A stretch of DNA of 64,000 bases from Flavobacterium sp. (GTDB lineage Bacteria; Pseudomonadota; Gammaproteobacteria; Pseudomonadales; Azotimanducaceae), in NCBI GenBank assembly GCA_047616645.1, contig JBLHIH010000001.1, positions 14,775 through 78,774 of the forward strand, read 5' to 3'. Shown piece after piece: positions 19,079 to 28,612 of the stretch. The notes under the pieces were generated by a model. It was not told the DNA's origin, did no database searches, and was given only the letters and a program-made list of their open reading frames with translations. Both the position numbers and the translations under genes were made by a program. How positions within the stretch are numbered: the stretch's first letter is position 1; each line of letters opens with the position of its first letter.

Positions 19079-19604
19079 TTCGAATATCTATGCCGTCCTG
19101 ACTAAACCTCTTTAGTACCTCTATCGAAATATTAGGGCCGATCTCTTGGGACCAAATGTGCGCCGCAGCCATACTTTCTTGCATGAGCTGAGGCATAATT
19201 GCATTGGCTTTTTTCCCCACTGGTGAACGATTAAATTCAATCAGGTCTTGTAATTCACTTAGCGTGAAGTGCTTGGTGTAAAGAGGATAGATTTCCTTTT
19301 GAAGCGCGTCATTCGAAAACGATTCTGTGACTATTCTTCCTACTTCTTCGTTAACAATGTCAATTGCTCTTTGAGAAAGCTTTGGGTTTGCAATTCTGAG
19401 TACCGAGATCAGTTGCTGAGAAAATACAGCAGTAAATTGCTGGCTATTTGCCTCAGCTCCAGTGCTCGCCAATAGTTCTTGAACCGCCTTTAACTTTGCA
19501 GGGCCCAAAGCTACAGGTAGAGTGCTAATTTCCTCTGCATTTAATGCGAGGGAAAGTGCACTTAAATATACGGCAATTACTAATTTCGTGAGCTGACGAA
19601 TCAA
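19071..19604 (-). CDS. periplasmic protein of unknown function (DUF2059-like by recollection)
   Basis: 177-aa ORF with a signal peptide. FTLSELQDLIEFNRSPVGKK block resembles DUF2059 proteins. I recognise no catalytic motifs. Confidence 0.45.
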   Translation of the reverse strand: MIRQLTKLVIAVYLSALSLALNAEEISTLPVALGPAKLKAVQELLASTGAEANSQQFTAVFSQQLISVLRIANPKLSQRAIDIVNEEVGRIVTESFSNDALQKEIYPLYTKHFTLSELQDLIEFNRSPVGKKANAIMPQLMQESMAAAHIWSQEIGPNISIEVLKRFSQDGIDIRTN

Positions 19605-19686
19605 TTACTGCTCCCTATCTCAAAATCTTATTCTTTAGTGGGTACCCAATTAAGTGTAGACCTTCTAGCACTTTAACATCACTTGA

Positions 19687-20736
19687 TTATCTAATTTTGA
19701 GCAATAAAACCAACAAAATGGGTGTGCCGACGGCTTGCAAGAGCATAAATCGAACAAGAACCTGTGTATTAGACCATCCCATATTGTGTCGAACATGATC
19801 ATGCAGCGGATAACGTATTTGTCGAAATATCCCAATTTTAAAAAACCTTAATAAAGCCACTTTAATCATGCCGGTTGCACCATTAACCAAGACGACGAAG
19901 GCAACAACAAGAATAAGAAATGGATTGCCAGAAGCCAAGACAAGAATACCGAGTAACAAACCAATAGGCCGTGAACCAGCATCACCCATTAAGACTGCTG
20001 AAGGATAACTGTTATGCCATAGATAACCTGTTAAACATCCAACCATCACAAAAGCCATTATTGCCCAATCAGCACCCTGTTCGTAATGAGGGACGAGTAA
20101 ATAACTTGAAATTGCGATGTGGCCGACGATGACATACAGAATGCCACCAAGAAATAACATCGCCATTCCAGAGAGGCTGGCCGATAGGCCGTCTACGCCA
20201 TCGGTACAATTGGTTGCGTTAATTGAAACCCAAATCAAACCTGTAGCGCCTAGTATAAATAACGCTGGAGGGAGGATAAATGGATCTTTAAATAGGGGTA
20301 ACCAGATGACATAAGGCTGCATTTGACAAATTATGACGGAGGCAAGAATGGCAAGGATTAAGTCCATAGCACCTAGCCTATATTCACTCCATCCACCTAT
20401 CGCTCTATCGTCTAGATAACCGACCAGCATCGCCGCAAGTACACAGAATAAAATTTCGACGAAGATCAAATTGAAGGGGACAAGCAACAAGCTGACGACT
20501 GCAAAAATTGGAATAAACAAAACCCCCGCACTCACTGGCTTACCGATACTCTTTTCAGCATCGACAGCGAATTCACGTCCTTTGTCAGTTGGTAATATAT
20601 GCCAATATTTTGGTAGCAGCCACCAAGTTAATCCAGCCCCAAGTGCCGTACCTAGTCCGCATAAGAAGATATAAGATGTAAATAATCTAAACGGGCCCGC
20701 TACATCAGCAAAGTGTTGGCCCAAATAATATAACAA
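19687..20736 (-). CDS. divergent MraY/WecA-family (glycosyltransferase family 4) polyprenyl-phosphate phospho-sugar transferase
   Basis: 349-aa polytopic membrane ORF. YLDD, NATNCTDGVDGLS, MGDAGSRPIG and C-terminal ...VRF...LLLKIR blocks are collinear with MraY. The MraY PIHHHYE motif is replaced by PLHDHVRHN. It is not in a dcw (murF/murD) context. Confidence 0.7.
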   Translation of the reverse strand: MLYYLGQHFADVAGPFRLFTSYIFLCGLGTALGAGLTWWLLPKYWHILPTDKGREFAVDAEKSIGKPVSAGVLFIPIFAVVSLLLVPFNLIFVEILFCVLAAMLVGYLDDRAIGGWSEYRLGAMDLILAILASVIICQMQPYVIWLPLFKDPFILPPALFILGATGLIWVSINATNCTDGVDGLSASLSGMAMLFLGGILYVIVGHIAISSYLLVPHYEQGADWAIMAFVMVGCLTGYLWHNSYPSAVLMGDAGSRPIGLLLGILVLASGNPFLILVVAFVVLVNGATGMIKVALLRFFKIGIFRQIRYPLHDHVRHNMGWSNTQVLVRFMLLQAVGTPILLVLLLKIR

Positions 20737-20824
20737 GATTTACCCTTTTAGATTTGTCGATATTACGGGGGAGTATAAAGCCTAATTCAGTGGAAAGAAT
20801 GAATGACAAATGAATATTTGGGTT

Positions 20825-21610
20825 TTATTCGATAAAAATGAATTTCTCAGCATCCATCCAAGCAGGAAAAGTGCGTCGGTAGTCAATGAGTGGCGTTTTC
20901 CTAAGCGTTAATGTTTGAATACTCGACTGGCTCTCGAGATTCAAAAGGCAATTTCCGTCATAGTCAAAGATACAAGAGTCTCCCGAATATTCAATTTCAT
21001 TCCCATCAATACCAAGACGATTTAGGCCAATAACATAAGATTGGTTTTCGATAGCGCGGGCTTGCAGCAAACTTAACCAATGTTCTCTGCGTTTTTTGGG
21101 CCAATTGGCGACGTAGATTAAAAGATCGTAAGTGCCGGAATTTCGACTCCATACGGGGAACCTTAAGTCATAACAAATTTGGGGACGAATACGAAAGCCC
21201 TTCAAAGAAATCGTGATCTTTGAATTGCCGGCTTGATAGAACTGATGTTCATTAGACATTCTAAACAGATGTTTTTTGTCGTAATGCCGCAGTTCACCAT
21301 TTGCCGCGACAAAAACAAATCGATTATAGAACGCCTGCTGTTCTTTAATTATCAGGCTGCCGCATAGTGCCGCTTGGTATTTTTCAGCCTGACTTTTCAT
21401 CCATTGAATTGTGGGTCCTTCCATTGTCTCTGCCAGGGACTTTGAGTCCATGGAGAACCCTGTGCTGAACATCTCAGGCAAAATGACTAAATCAGTTTCG
21501 GGAATATCCTTAAAAAGATCTGAGAACACATTTCGGTTGGCGGCACTGTCTTCCCATTTCAGATTATGTTGAACTAAGCTGACCGTGAGTTTTTCTTCAC
21601 TTGAATTCAT
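20825..21610 (-). CDS. yafV: carbon-nitrogen hydrolase family amidase (omega-amidase YafV-like)
   Basis: Nitrilase-superfamily blocks (LPEMFSTGF, HYDKKHLF, ICYDLRFP). I prefer the ATG at 21610 (MNSSEEK...), which lies 2 nt after the ybdL stop. The ORF track extends to 21637. Confidence 0.75.
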   Translation of the reverse strand: MNSSEEKLTVSLVQHNLKWEDSAANRNVFSDLFKDIPETDLVILPEMFSTGFSMDSKSLAETMEGPTIQWMKSQAEKYQAALCGSLIIKEQQAFYNRFVFVAANGELRHYDKKHLFRMSNEHQFYQAGNSKITISLKGFRIRPQICYDLRFPVWSRNSGTYDLLIYVANWPKKRREHWLSLLQARAIENQSYVIGLNRLGIDGNEIEYSGDSCIFDYDGNCLLNLESQSSIQTLTLRKTPLIDYRRTFPAWMDAEKFIFIE

Positions 21611-21612
21611 GA

Positions 21613-22782
21613 CTAAATTACTTTGAGCTTCTTGCAAGCTTGAATGATTGTCGCATCATTTTTAGCAAAACAAAAACGGACATACTTATCTTTAGGCGCG
21701 ACATCATAGAATACTGAAATGGGAATGGCAGCAACGCCAATCTCTTGAGTGAGATAATTGGCAAATTCAACGTCACTTATATCAGAAATTTCACTGTAGT
21801 CAGCTAATTGGAAGTAGGTGCCAGTGCTTGGTCTTAATGTAAATTTTGAGTTTGTTAGCTGATCGAGAAAAAGATCTCTTTTAGATTGGTAGAAATTGGG
21901 TAGATTAAGATAGTGATCACTATGGTATTCCATAAACTCTGCTATTGCCCACTGAGTCGGTGTATGGGTGGTAAAGGTGACAAACTGATGAATTTTTCTA
22001 AATTCTATTGTGAGCTCTGATGGCGCTATGCAATAAGCAACCTTCCAGCCAGTCGCATGATAGGTTTTTCCAAAGGATGAAATGATAAAACTACGGCTTC
22101 TTAGAAATTCATCTTCGAGTAGACTGATATGACGTAGACCATCGAAGACCATGTGCTCGTAAACTTCATCTGATATTAAGAAAATATCGGTATTTGAAAT
22201 GAGCTTAGTGAGTGCATCGATATCTGTTTGTTCTAAAATTCTGCCGGAAGGGTTGTGGGGTGAGTTTAGAATAATCGCACGCGTTTGATGATTAATCTTT
22301 GCTTTTACTTTTTCCCAATCTATACCTGACTGAGTTGCAGATGCTATGTCTATGTCGACGTGTATTGTTTTTCCTTGGGCTAAGGTAATGGCGGGTTCAT
22401 AGGCGTCGTAAGCTGGATCAAAAATGATCACTTCATCACCAGGCCTGACCAATGTTTGAATAGCAACAAAGAGTGCCTCTGTTGCTCCTGACGTCACTGT
22501 TATTTCATTGAACATATCAACTTTTACATCATAGAGTTTGTCCACCTTACGCATGATTTCTTGACGTAAATATTCAACCCCAATCATAGGTGGATATTGA
22601 TTTAAGCCCTTTTTTAGGTATTTTGTGAGTAAGTTAATGAGTGGTTCAGGAACAGGGAAATCAGGGAAACCTTGAGACAGGTTTATTGCATCGTATTCTG
22701 CAGCCATATTTGACATGGTTGTGAATATGGTCGTACTTATGTGGGGTAGCTTACTTGAGAGCTTACTTGAAGGTATCGGCAA
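21613..22782 (-). CDS. ybdL: methionine/2-oxoglutaramate-forming aminotransferase (class I/II, YbdL-like)
   Basis: 389-aa ORF with a TTG start. N-terminus SKLPHISTTIFTTMSNMAAEYDAINLSQGFPDFP is collinear with YbdL. PLP-lysine block SFGKTYHATGWK. Confidence 0.8.
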   Translation of the reverse strand: MPIPSSKLSSKLPHISTTIFTTMSNMAAEYDAINLSQGFPDFPVPEPLINLLTKYLKKGLNQYPPMIGVEYLRQEIMRKVDKLYDVKVDMFNEITVTSGATEALFVAIQTLVRPGDEVIIFDPAYDAYEPAITLAQGKTIHVDIDIASATQSGIDWEKVKAKINHQTRAIILNSPHNPSGRILEQTDIDALTKLISNTDIFLISDEVYEHMVFDGLRHISLLEDEFLRSRSFIISSFGKTYHATGWKVAYCIAPSELTIEFRKIHQFVTFTTHTPTQWAIAEFMEYHSDHYLNLPNFYQSKRDLFLDQLTNSKFTLRPSTGTYFQLADYSEISDISDVEFANYLTQEIGVAAIPISVFYDVAPKDKYVRFCFAKNDATIIQACKKLKVI

Positions 22783-22856
22783 ACCTATATCTCTATTATA
22801 GTTGGCTGACTACTTTACGTTGATTTTTGCTTAATTTCTAATCTCTTTATACCTGC

Positions 22857-23158
22857 CTAGGCTACATAGTCTACGGAGTGTTGCCTGACAAACTCTATAG
22901 TGTTAAGAATAGCTTGATCAACGCTTTCATCCATCTCCTTGCTCTCTTGAGGTGATGTATAAAAGCTCATGTCGACGGTGTGCCTAACATAGCGAGGGGG
23001 AGATGATTTAACGTCACACATGCAATATCCGATAATTGTTCTTGAGACAAGTTTTCATCACTTGTGATTATTCGGCTTAATTTATCGAAAACAACCAATT
23101 CGTACCAATTGTGGATGTTGTTATCCATTTTACTAATTCCATTTCCATCATCTTCCAT
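22857..23158 (-). pseudogene. ComFB-domain protein gene with a frameshift in a C5 (plus-strand G5) homopolymer
   Basis: Frame A reads ...IHNWYELVVFDKLSRII...QLSDIACVTLNHLP and then goes out of frame. Frame B continues PPRYVRHTVDMSFYTSPQESKEMDESVDQAILNTIEFVRQHSVDYVA*. Joined, they give the family-typical LNHLPPRYV core. The break is at G5, 22996-23000. Confidence 0.55.
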
Positions 23159-23203
23159 TGAAGTATAGACTGCCTTTCCAAAGAAGCGAGATGGGAAGAC
23201 CGC

Positions 23204-24442
23204 ATGTTTAAAGAGATGTTCTTGAAAGGAATCGTGTTAGTACTGGCCTTAGTAGTGACGGGCTGTGGGCGTGACAATGCAATTGAGGACGTTAACATTG
23301 TTGAGAAATCAACTGTTTTAACAGGGCAGGCGCTTGCGGATAAATATCTCATTGTTGATACACATATTGATGTTCCTTGGCGCTTAAAAAAGAATATGGA
23401 GGACGTGGGAGAAGCAACAGAAAAAGGTCAATTTGACTATCCCCGAGCGAAGGAAGGCGGTCTCAATGTGCCCTTTATGTCGATCTATATACCTGCATCA
23501 GTCGATGAAGAAGGCGGGGCAACCGCACTTGCAGATGATCTGATCGATCTTGTCGAAAATATTGTCCATGCTCATCCTGACAAATTTGCACTCGCTGCAA
23601 CGACTACATCAATTGAAGAAAATTTTAAGAATGGATTAATTTCACTGGCGCTAGGTATGGAGAATGGCGGGCCTATTGCCGGAGATTTTAAGAATCTACA
23701 ACACTTCTACGATAGAGGTATTCGGTATATAACGCTCACTCACTCTAAAAGTAATCATATTTCAGATTCATCTTACGATGAAAACAAACGCTGGGATGGG
23801 CTGAGTGAATTTGGCGAAACGTTAATTCCTGAAATGAACCGTTTAGGTGTAATGGTTGATATTTCTCATGTCTCGGACGCCGCATTTTATGATGTTATAA
23901 AGATTAGTAAGGCGCCTGTTATTGCGTCTCATTCTTCCGTGAGACATTTTGTGCCGGGTTTTGAACGTAATATGAATGATGACATGCTTTTAGCCTTAGC
24001 TAAAAACGGCGGCGTGATGCAACTCAATATAGGTTCTACTTTTATAAGTGAAAAATCTCGTGCAAGTTCAAACCTTACTCGAGAAATGGGTAAGAAGTAC
24101 TTGGAAGAACATGCACTTGATCCTGATTCCAAAGCGGGTAAAGCAGCCATAGAAAAAGTAAAGCTAGAATACCCCCTCTTTTACGCCAGTATGGATAATG
24201 TGTTAGATCATATTGATCATGTCGTTAAACTCACCAGTATAGATCATATCGGTATCGGCTCTGATTTTGACGGAGTAGGGGATTCATTGCCCGTGGGATT
24301 CAAAGATGTTAGCGATTATCCTGCCTTTATTGATGGTTTACTTTCAAGAGGCTACTCTGAAGTAGAAATCGAAAAAATATTGAGTGGCAATATCATGCGC
24401 GTATGGCGGGAAGTTGAGTTGTTTGCCAGCAGCGCTCAATAA
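23204..24442 (+). CDS. membrane dipeptidase (peptidase M19) lipoprotein
   Basis: 412-aa ORF. Lipobox VVTGC, then DTHIDVP, ITLTHSKSN, DISHVSD, ASHSS and IGIGSDFDG motifs of the M19 family. Confidence 0.85.
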   Translation: MFKEMFLKGIVLVLALVVTGCGRDNAIEDVNIVEKSTVLTGQALADKYLIVDTHIDVPWRLKKNMEDVGEATEKGQFDYPRAKEGGLNVPFMSIYIPASVDEEGGATALADDLIDLVENIVHAHPDKFALAATTTSIEENFKNGLISLALGMENGGPIAGDFKNLQHFYDRGIRYITLTHSKSNHISDSSYDENKRWDGLSEFGETLIPEMNRLGVMVDISHVSDAAFYDVIKISKAPVIASHSSVRHFVPGFERNMNDDMLLALAKNGGVMQLNIGSTFISEKSRASSNLTREMGKKYLEEHALDPDSKAGKAAIEKVKLEYPLFYASMDNVLDHIDHVVKLTSIDHIGIGSDFDGVGDSLPVGFKDVSDYPAFIDGLLSRGYSEVEIEKILSGNIMRVWREVELFASSAQ

Positions 24443-24463
24443 CAGAGCACCACATAAAACAGC

Positions 24464-25387
24464 TTACAACCAATCCCGTATAGGAAGGTAGTCATCGTAA
24501 AGCGTCGCTTCTGGTGATCCAATCTCGGGTTGCCAGTTGTACTTCCAAATCGCACGGGGTGGCATCGAAGCTAACACTGATTCAATACGTCGGCCTGACT
24601 GAATACCATATCGAGTACCTCTATCTATCGCGAGATTAAATTCGGCGTATCGACCGCGGCGATAGAGTAAAAACTCTTCGTTTTCCGCGGTGTAAGGCGT
24701 GTGGCATCTATTCTCTAATATGGGTTGATAGGCGGGCAGTATGTGATCACCAATACTGCGAACCATCTCAAAACTTTGCTCAAATCCACCTTCAGTCCAA
24801 TCATCAAAAAATAACCCGCCTACGCCACGTGCCTCCTTACGGTGATTCAATACAAAATAGTTATCACACCAAGATTTTAAGCGAGTATAGACATCTTCAC
24901 CAAATGGATCACATGCATCTTTAGCAGTTTGATGCCAGTGAATGACATCTTCTCTGAATGGATAGTATGGTGTTAAATCAAAGCCACCACCAAAGTGCCA
25001 CGTATTCTCATCGATGAGAAAAAAACGTAAATTCGCATGAAAGGTGGGCACAAAGGGATTTCTTGGGTGCATGATCATTGAGATTGCAGTAGCTTGAAAA
25101 CCTTTGCCAGCAAGGTGAGGGTTTCGCTCGCTTGCTGCTGCAGGCAAACTGTCTCCAAGGCTATAGGAAAACTGCACCGCACCGCGCTCAATGTGGGGAC
25201 CTTTTTCAGGGTTATCAATGATTCTTGGTCGTGAGTGTCCACCATTTTCCTGATGGATGTCTTCCATGCTAAAACCAATGCCTCCATCTATTTCACCCAG
25301 CACATCACAAATTTTAGTTTGTAAGCTAAAAAAATATTCTTTCACTAGTTCAATGTTGGGACTGCTCATGAATCTATCTACCTCCAT
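24464..25387 (-). CDS. hemF: oxygen-dependent coproporphyrinogen III oxidase
   Basis: 307-aa ORF. HPRNPFVPTFHANLRFF, GGGFDLTPYYP, RRGRYAEFNL and TRYGIQSGRRIESVL blocks are characteristic of HemF. Confidence 0.9.
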   Translation of the reverse strand: MEVDRFMSSPNIELVKEYFFSLQTKICDVLGEIDGGIGFSMEDIHQENGGHSRPRIIDNPEKGPHIERGAVQFSYSLGDSLPAAASERNPHLAGKGFQATAISMIMHPRNPFVPTFHANLRFFLIDENTWHFGGGFDLTPYYPFREDVIHWHQTAKDACDPFGEDVYTRLKSWCDNYFVLNHRKEARGVGGLFFDDWTEGGFEQSFEMVRSIGDHILPAYQPILENRCHTPYTAENEEFLLYRRGRYAEFNLAIDRGTRYGIQSGRRIESVLASMPPRAIWKYNWQPEIGSPEATLYDDYLPIRDWL

Positions 25388-25541
25388 AAAGAATGCGAAC
25401 CTTACCCACTTCTTGTCCTGAATTGAAGTCCGAAGCTATTGCCTTCGTTCTGAGCATTTGGGATATTGCATCTCTTAATAATCTTGAAGTAAAACTAATG
25501 TCTTATCAGAGCTAATATGAGAGCAACTATAAAGAGCTACC

Positions 25542-26900
25542 ATGAATGATTTAATACTCGAAAATTTAATGGCGCGTTTAAAGGAAAGCAACAATGCATT
25601 TGTTTTGCGCTACAGAGGGTTAGATGAACGTCGTCAACCTGTTCATACGGTTTATGGTGGCGCGCATTTGTATAAAAGCGGGGCATCAAGGAAACTTGCG
25701 ATGCTGGCCCAAGGTCATTTTGCTGAATATGCGCAAAATGAAAGAGATCTTGCTCTTGCCCTGGGCTTTGATATTGAAAATAACGCAATGGGGCGTGGAT
25801 CTTTAGCTTCGGTATTCAAATTAGTATTTGAGCGAGTGAAGCTCAAATTAGTCAATGAAGCAGTAGAAGATCACCGCGTTGATTTTGAAGACGGTTATGG
25901 CGTTCGCAGTGATGAGGAAGAAGATAGACACGTTGAATCATCGGCTTCTGCAATGGCCACGGATATGGCGGAAGCGCTATTGCCGCCTTTTGTGGGTATC
26001 AGGATCAAGGCCCTGTCTGAAGAAGCAAAACATCGTTCATTAAGAACCTTGCTACTGTATTTGGATACTTTACTTAGTCAAAGTAGTGGTGTGTTACCAC
26101 CAAACTTTATCGTTACTTTGCCGAAAGTAATATCAATTGAGCAAGTAAATGTTGTATCGGAATTTCTCGAACACATCGAAAATCAATGGGGACTTGAGGA
26201 TCAATCTATTCAACTGGAACTGATGTTAGAAAATGTTCAGTGTCTGTTTGATGAGTATGGCAGCGTTCTACTGCCGAAGTTTATTGCTGCTGGTAAGGGA
26301 CGTGTATCTGGCGTGATTTTAGGCACCTTTGATTATACTGCGAGTGGTAACATTGCGGCACATTACCAAACACATACTCATCCGTCGGCGGATTTTGCTC
26401 GTCAGATGATGCTAAGTTGTTTAACAGGCACGGATGTAGCGATGTCCGATGGTATTACGAATATTATGCCGATAGCCCCCCATAAGGGAGATCAACTCAG
26501 TCAAGAACAGGAAAAAGAAAATTATTCAGTTGTCACTAAGGCATGGAAATTACACTTCGATAATATTTGTCACTCATTAGAACTGGGTATCTATCAAGGG
26601 TGGGATCTTAATCCTGCCCAAATACCGATTAGATATGCTGCGATCTATTATTTTTTTCTCACCGGTTTAGAGGCCGCTACAAATCGGCTTCGCACATTTA
26701 TCAACAAAGCAGCACAAGCATCTATGGTGGGTAATACCTTTGACGATGCTGCAACAGGACAAGGGCTGGTTAATTTTTTTGTAAATGGCATCAATTGCGG
26801 TGCTTTGACCGAGGCAGAAGCGCTAGAAACAGGAATTACTTTAGATGAGTTAAAAAAACGCTCATTTAAACTCATCGTTGAAAACAGAATTCGGAATTAA
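25542..26900 (+). CDS. malate synthase / citryl-CoA lyase (HpcH-CitE) superfamily-like protein, specificity unknown
   Basis: 452-aa ORF. VDFEDGYG, LELMLEN and GTFDYTAS blocks resemble the metal/substrate motifs of malate synthase and CitE-like acyl-CoA lyases. This is weak recognition only. Confidence 0.35.
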   Translation: MNDLILENLMARLKESNNAFVLRYRGLDERRQPVHTVYGGAHLYKSGASRKLAMLAQGHFAEYAQNERDLALALGFDIENNAMGRGSLASVFKLVFERVKLKLVNEAVEDHRVDFEDGYGVRSDEEEDRHVESSASAMATDMAEALLPPFVGIRIKALSEEAKHRSLRTLLLYLDTLLSQSSGVLPPNFIVTLPKVISIEQVNVVSEFLEHIENQWGLEDQSIQLELMLENVQCLFDEYGSVLLPKFIAAGKGRVSGVILGTFDYTASGNIAAHYQTHTHPSADFARQMMLSCLTGTDVAMSDGITNIMPIAPHKGDQLSQEQEKENYSVVTKAWKLHFDNICHSLELGIYQGWDLNPAQIPIRYAAIYYFFLTGLEAATNRLRTFINKAAQASMVGNTFDDAATGQGLVNFFVNGINCGALTEAEALETGITLDELKKRSFKLIVENRIRN

Positions 26901-26902
26901 AC

Positions 26903-28546
26903 ATGAATTATACAAATGCTTTTGAATATTGTGGGGAACTCATTGAAAAAGGTTTGAGTTATGTAAAGTACAAATCAAGTGGCAAAGAAGGAAATGGTCT
27001 TGATGACCACCAACAGGCAATTTACGATTTGTCATTTAGCTATGCCGAATTAAAGGCTGCGAAAAACTTCCAACAGTTTGCCCAATCTAAAAGTGAAAGA
27101 GAGCAAGCATTGGCAAACGTTTTTGCTGCAGATGTCATTACACAGATATTGAGTAGATTAAAAAGAGCGCCGCAAGATATTGGTTTGAGTTCTTTAGATT
27201 TTGAAGGGAAGGATTTTGAAGGGAAGGACGCAAAAAACGAAAGCGTCGTACGCAATTTTATCAGTCAGCATCTATCTAGTGATTATTTAGGTGCCTTGGG
27301 TTCAGAATTATCAAATAACGAAGGTAATCTAGGGGATCGAGGTCTTGATGAAGAAAAACAGCTTATGGCGGATACTTTTCACCAATTTGGAATAGATCTT
27401 GTAGAACCCTTTGCGGAAAGAATACATCGAGAAGATTTGATGATACCCGATTCCATTCTTGACGGATTAAAAGAACTTGGGTGTTTCGGTCTATCGGTTC
27501 CTGAACGGTTTGGTGGACTTTTACCCAACGATAAAGAAGATAGTCTCGGTATGATTGTTGTGACAGAAGAATTATCGAGAAGCTCGCTCGCTGGTGCAGG
27601 AAGTCTTATCACTCGGCCCGAAATTATGGCGAGAGCACTGTTGGAAGGAGGCACAGATGAACAACAAAAAAACTGGCTACCAAAACTCGCCCTAGGTGAG
27701 CCCCTCTGTGGTATTGCCATTACGGAACCTGACTATGGTTCAGATGTTGCCTCTATACGCCTTCAAGGAACAGAAGTTGAAGGAGGATGGCTACTAAATG
27801 GGGCTAAGACCTGGAGCACCTTCGCAGGGAAAGCGGGTGTCTTGTTGACATTGGCGCGAACAAACAATGATCTGACACTTGGGCACCGTGGATTAAGTCT
27901 ATTTATGGTGGAAAAACCCTCTACAAATGATCATAAATTCGATGTTGTACAAGATGATGGTGGTCGTTTATCCGGTGTGGCTATCCCGACAGTTGCCTAC
28001 CGTGGTATGCATTCATATCAACTTTTCTTCGATAATTTTTTTATTCCAAGTTCCAACTTATTAGGTGGAGAAAAAGGTCTTGGCAAAGGTTTCTACTATA
28101 CTATGCGTGGGTTTATGGGAGGTAGAATACAAACTGCCGCTAGGGCATGTGGCGTGATGCAGGCTGCGTTTGATGCTGCCGTTGTTTATGCAAATGACCG
28201 CAAGGTTTTTGGCAAGACCATCGCCAGCTACCAACTGACCCAATGCAAAATAGCGAGGATGGCAGCTTACTTAGCTGGATGTAGACAGTATACTTACGCT
28301 ATAGGGCGATTGATGGACAAAAGTGAAGGTCAGACAGAAGTAAGTCTTGTCAAGTTATTGGCTTGTAAAACGGCGGAATGGTTAACTCGAGAAGCCATGC
28401 AAATACACGGTGGCATGGGTTATGCGGAAGAATCGGCGGTGAGTCGATATTGGTTGGATGCGCGGGTACTCTCCATATTCGAGGGCACAGAGGAAACACT
28501 TGCCTTAAAAGTCATCGGACGTCATTTGGTAGAGAATTCACTATAG
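26903..28546 (+). CDS. acyl-CoA dehydrogenase family protein with about 170-aa N-terminal extension
   Basis: 547-aa ORF. ACAD middle and C-terminal domain blocks (ITEPDYGSDV, GAKTWSTFA, IHGGMGYAEE, ARVLSIFEGTEE). Contains an in-frame DFEGK x2 repeat. Confidence 0.8.
   Translation: MNYTNAFEYCGELIEKGLSYVKYKSSGKEGNGLDDHQQAIYDLSFSYAELKAAKNFQQFAQSKSEREQALANVFAADVITQILSRLKRAPQDIGLSSLDFEGKDFEGKDAKNESVVRNFISQHLSSDYLGALGSELSNNEGNLGDRGLDEEKQLMADTFHQFGIDLVEPFAERIHREDLMIPDSILDGLKELGCFGLSVPERFGGLLPNDKEDSLGMIVVTEELSRSSLAGAGSLITRPEIMARALLEGGTDEQQKNWLPKLALGEPLCGIAITEPDYGSDVASIRLQGTEVEGGWLLNGAKTWSTFAGKAGVLLTLARTNNDLTLGHRGLSLFMVEKPSTNDHKFDVVQDDGGRLSGVAIPTVAYRGMHSYQLFFDNFFIPSSNLLGGEKGLGKGFYYTMRGFMGGRIQTAARACGVMQAAFDAAVVYANDRKVFGKTIASYQLTQCKIARMAAYLAGCRQYTYAIGRLMDKSEGQTEVSLVKLLACKTAEWLTREAMQIHGGMGYAEESAVSRYWLDARVLSIFEGTEETLALKVIGRHLVENSL
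27197..27229 (+). repeat. in-frame 15-nt tandem repeat x2.2 (GATTTTGAAGGGAAG; encodes DFEGK-DFEGK-D)
   Basis: Read directly. The two full copies are perfect. Confidence 0.9.
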
Positions 28547-28612
28547 TGATGGCACTAGCGTTATAGGATGAGATTTCATTATAATGCTGATATTAAAAAT
28601 TAGGGGTAGAAC

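Noticed and set aside
21613-21637. 25-nt overlap between the ybdL 3' end and the yafV ORF start in the ORF track.
   Set aside because: This is probably an artefact of taking the longest ORF. An ATG at 21610, 2 nt after the ybdL stop, gives an N-terminus of family-typical length.
23077-23352. 91-aa minus-strand ORF spanning the ComFB-like gene start and the dipeptidase start.
   Set aside because: It overlaps two better-supported genes in other frames or strands, and its translation has no recognisable features.
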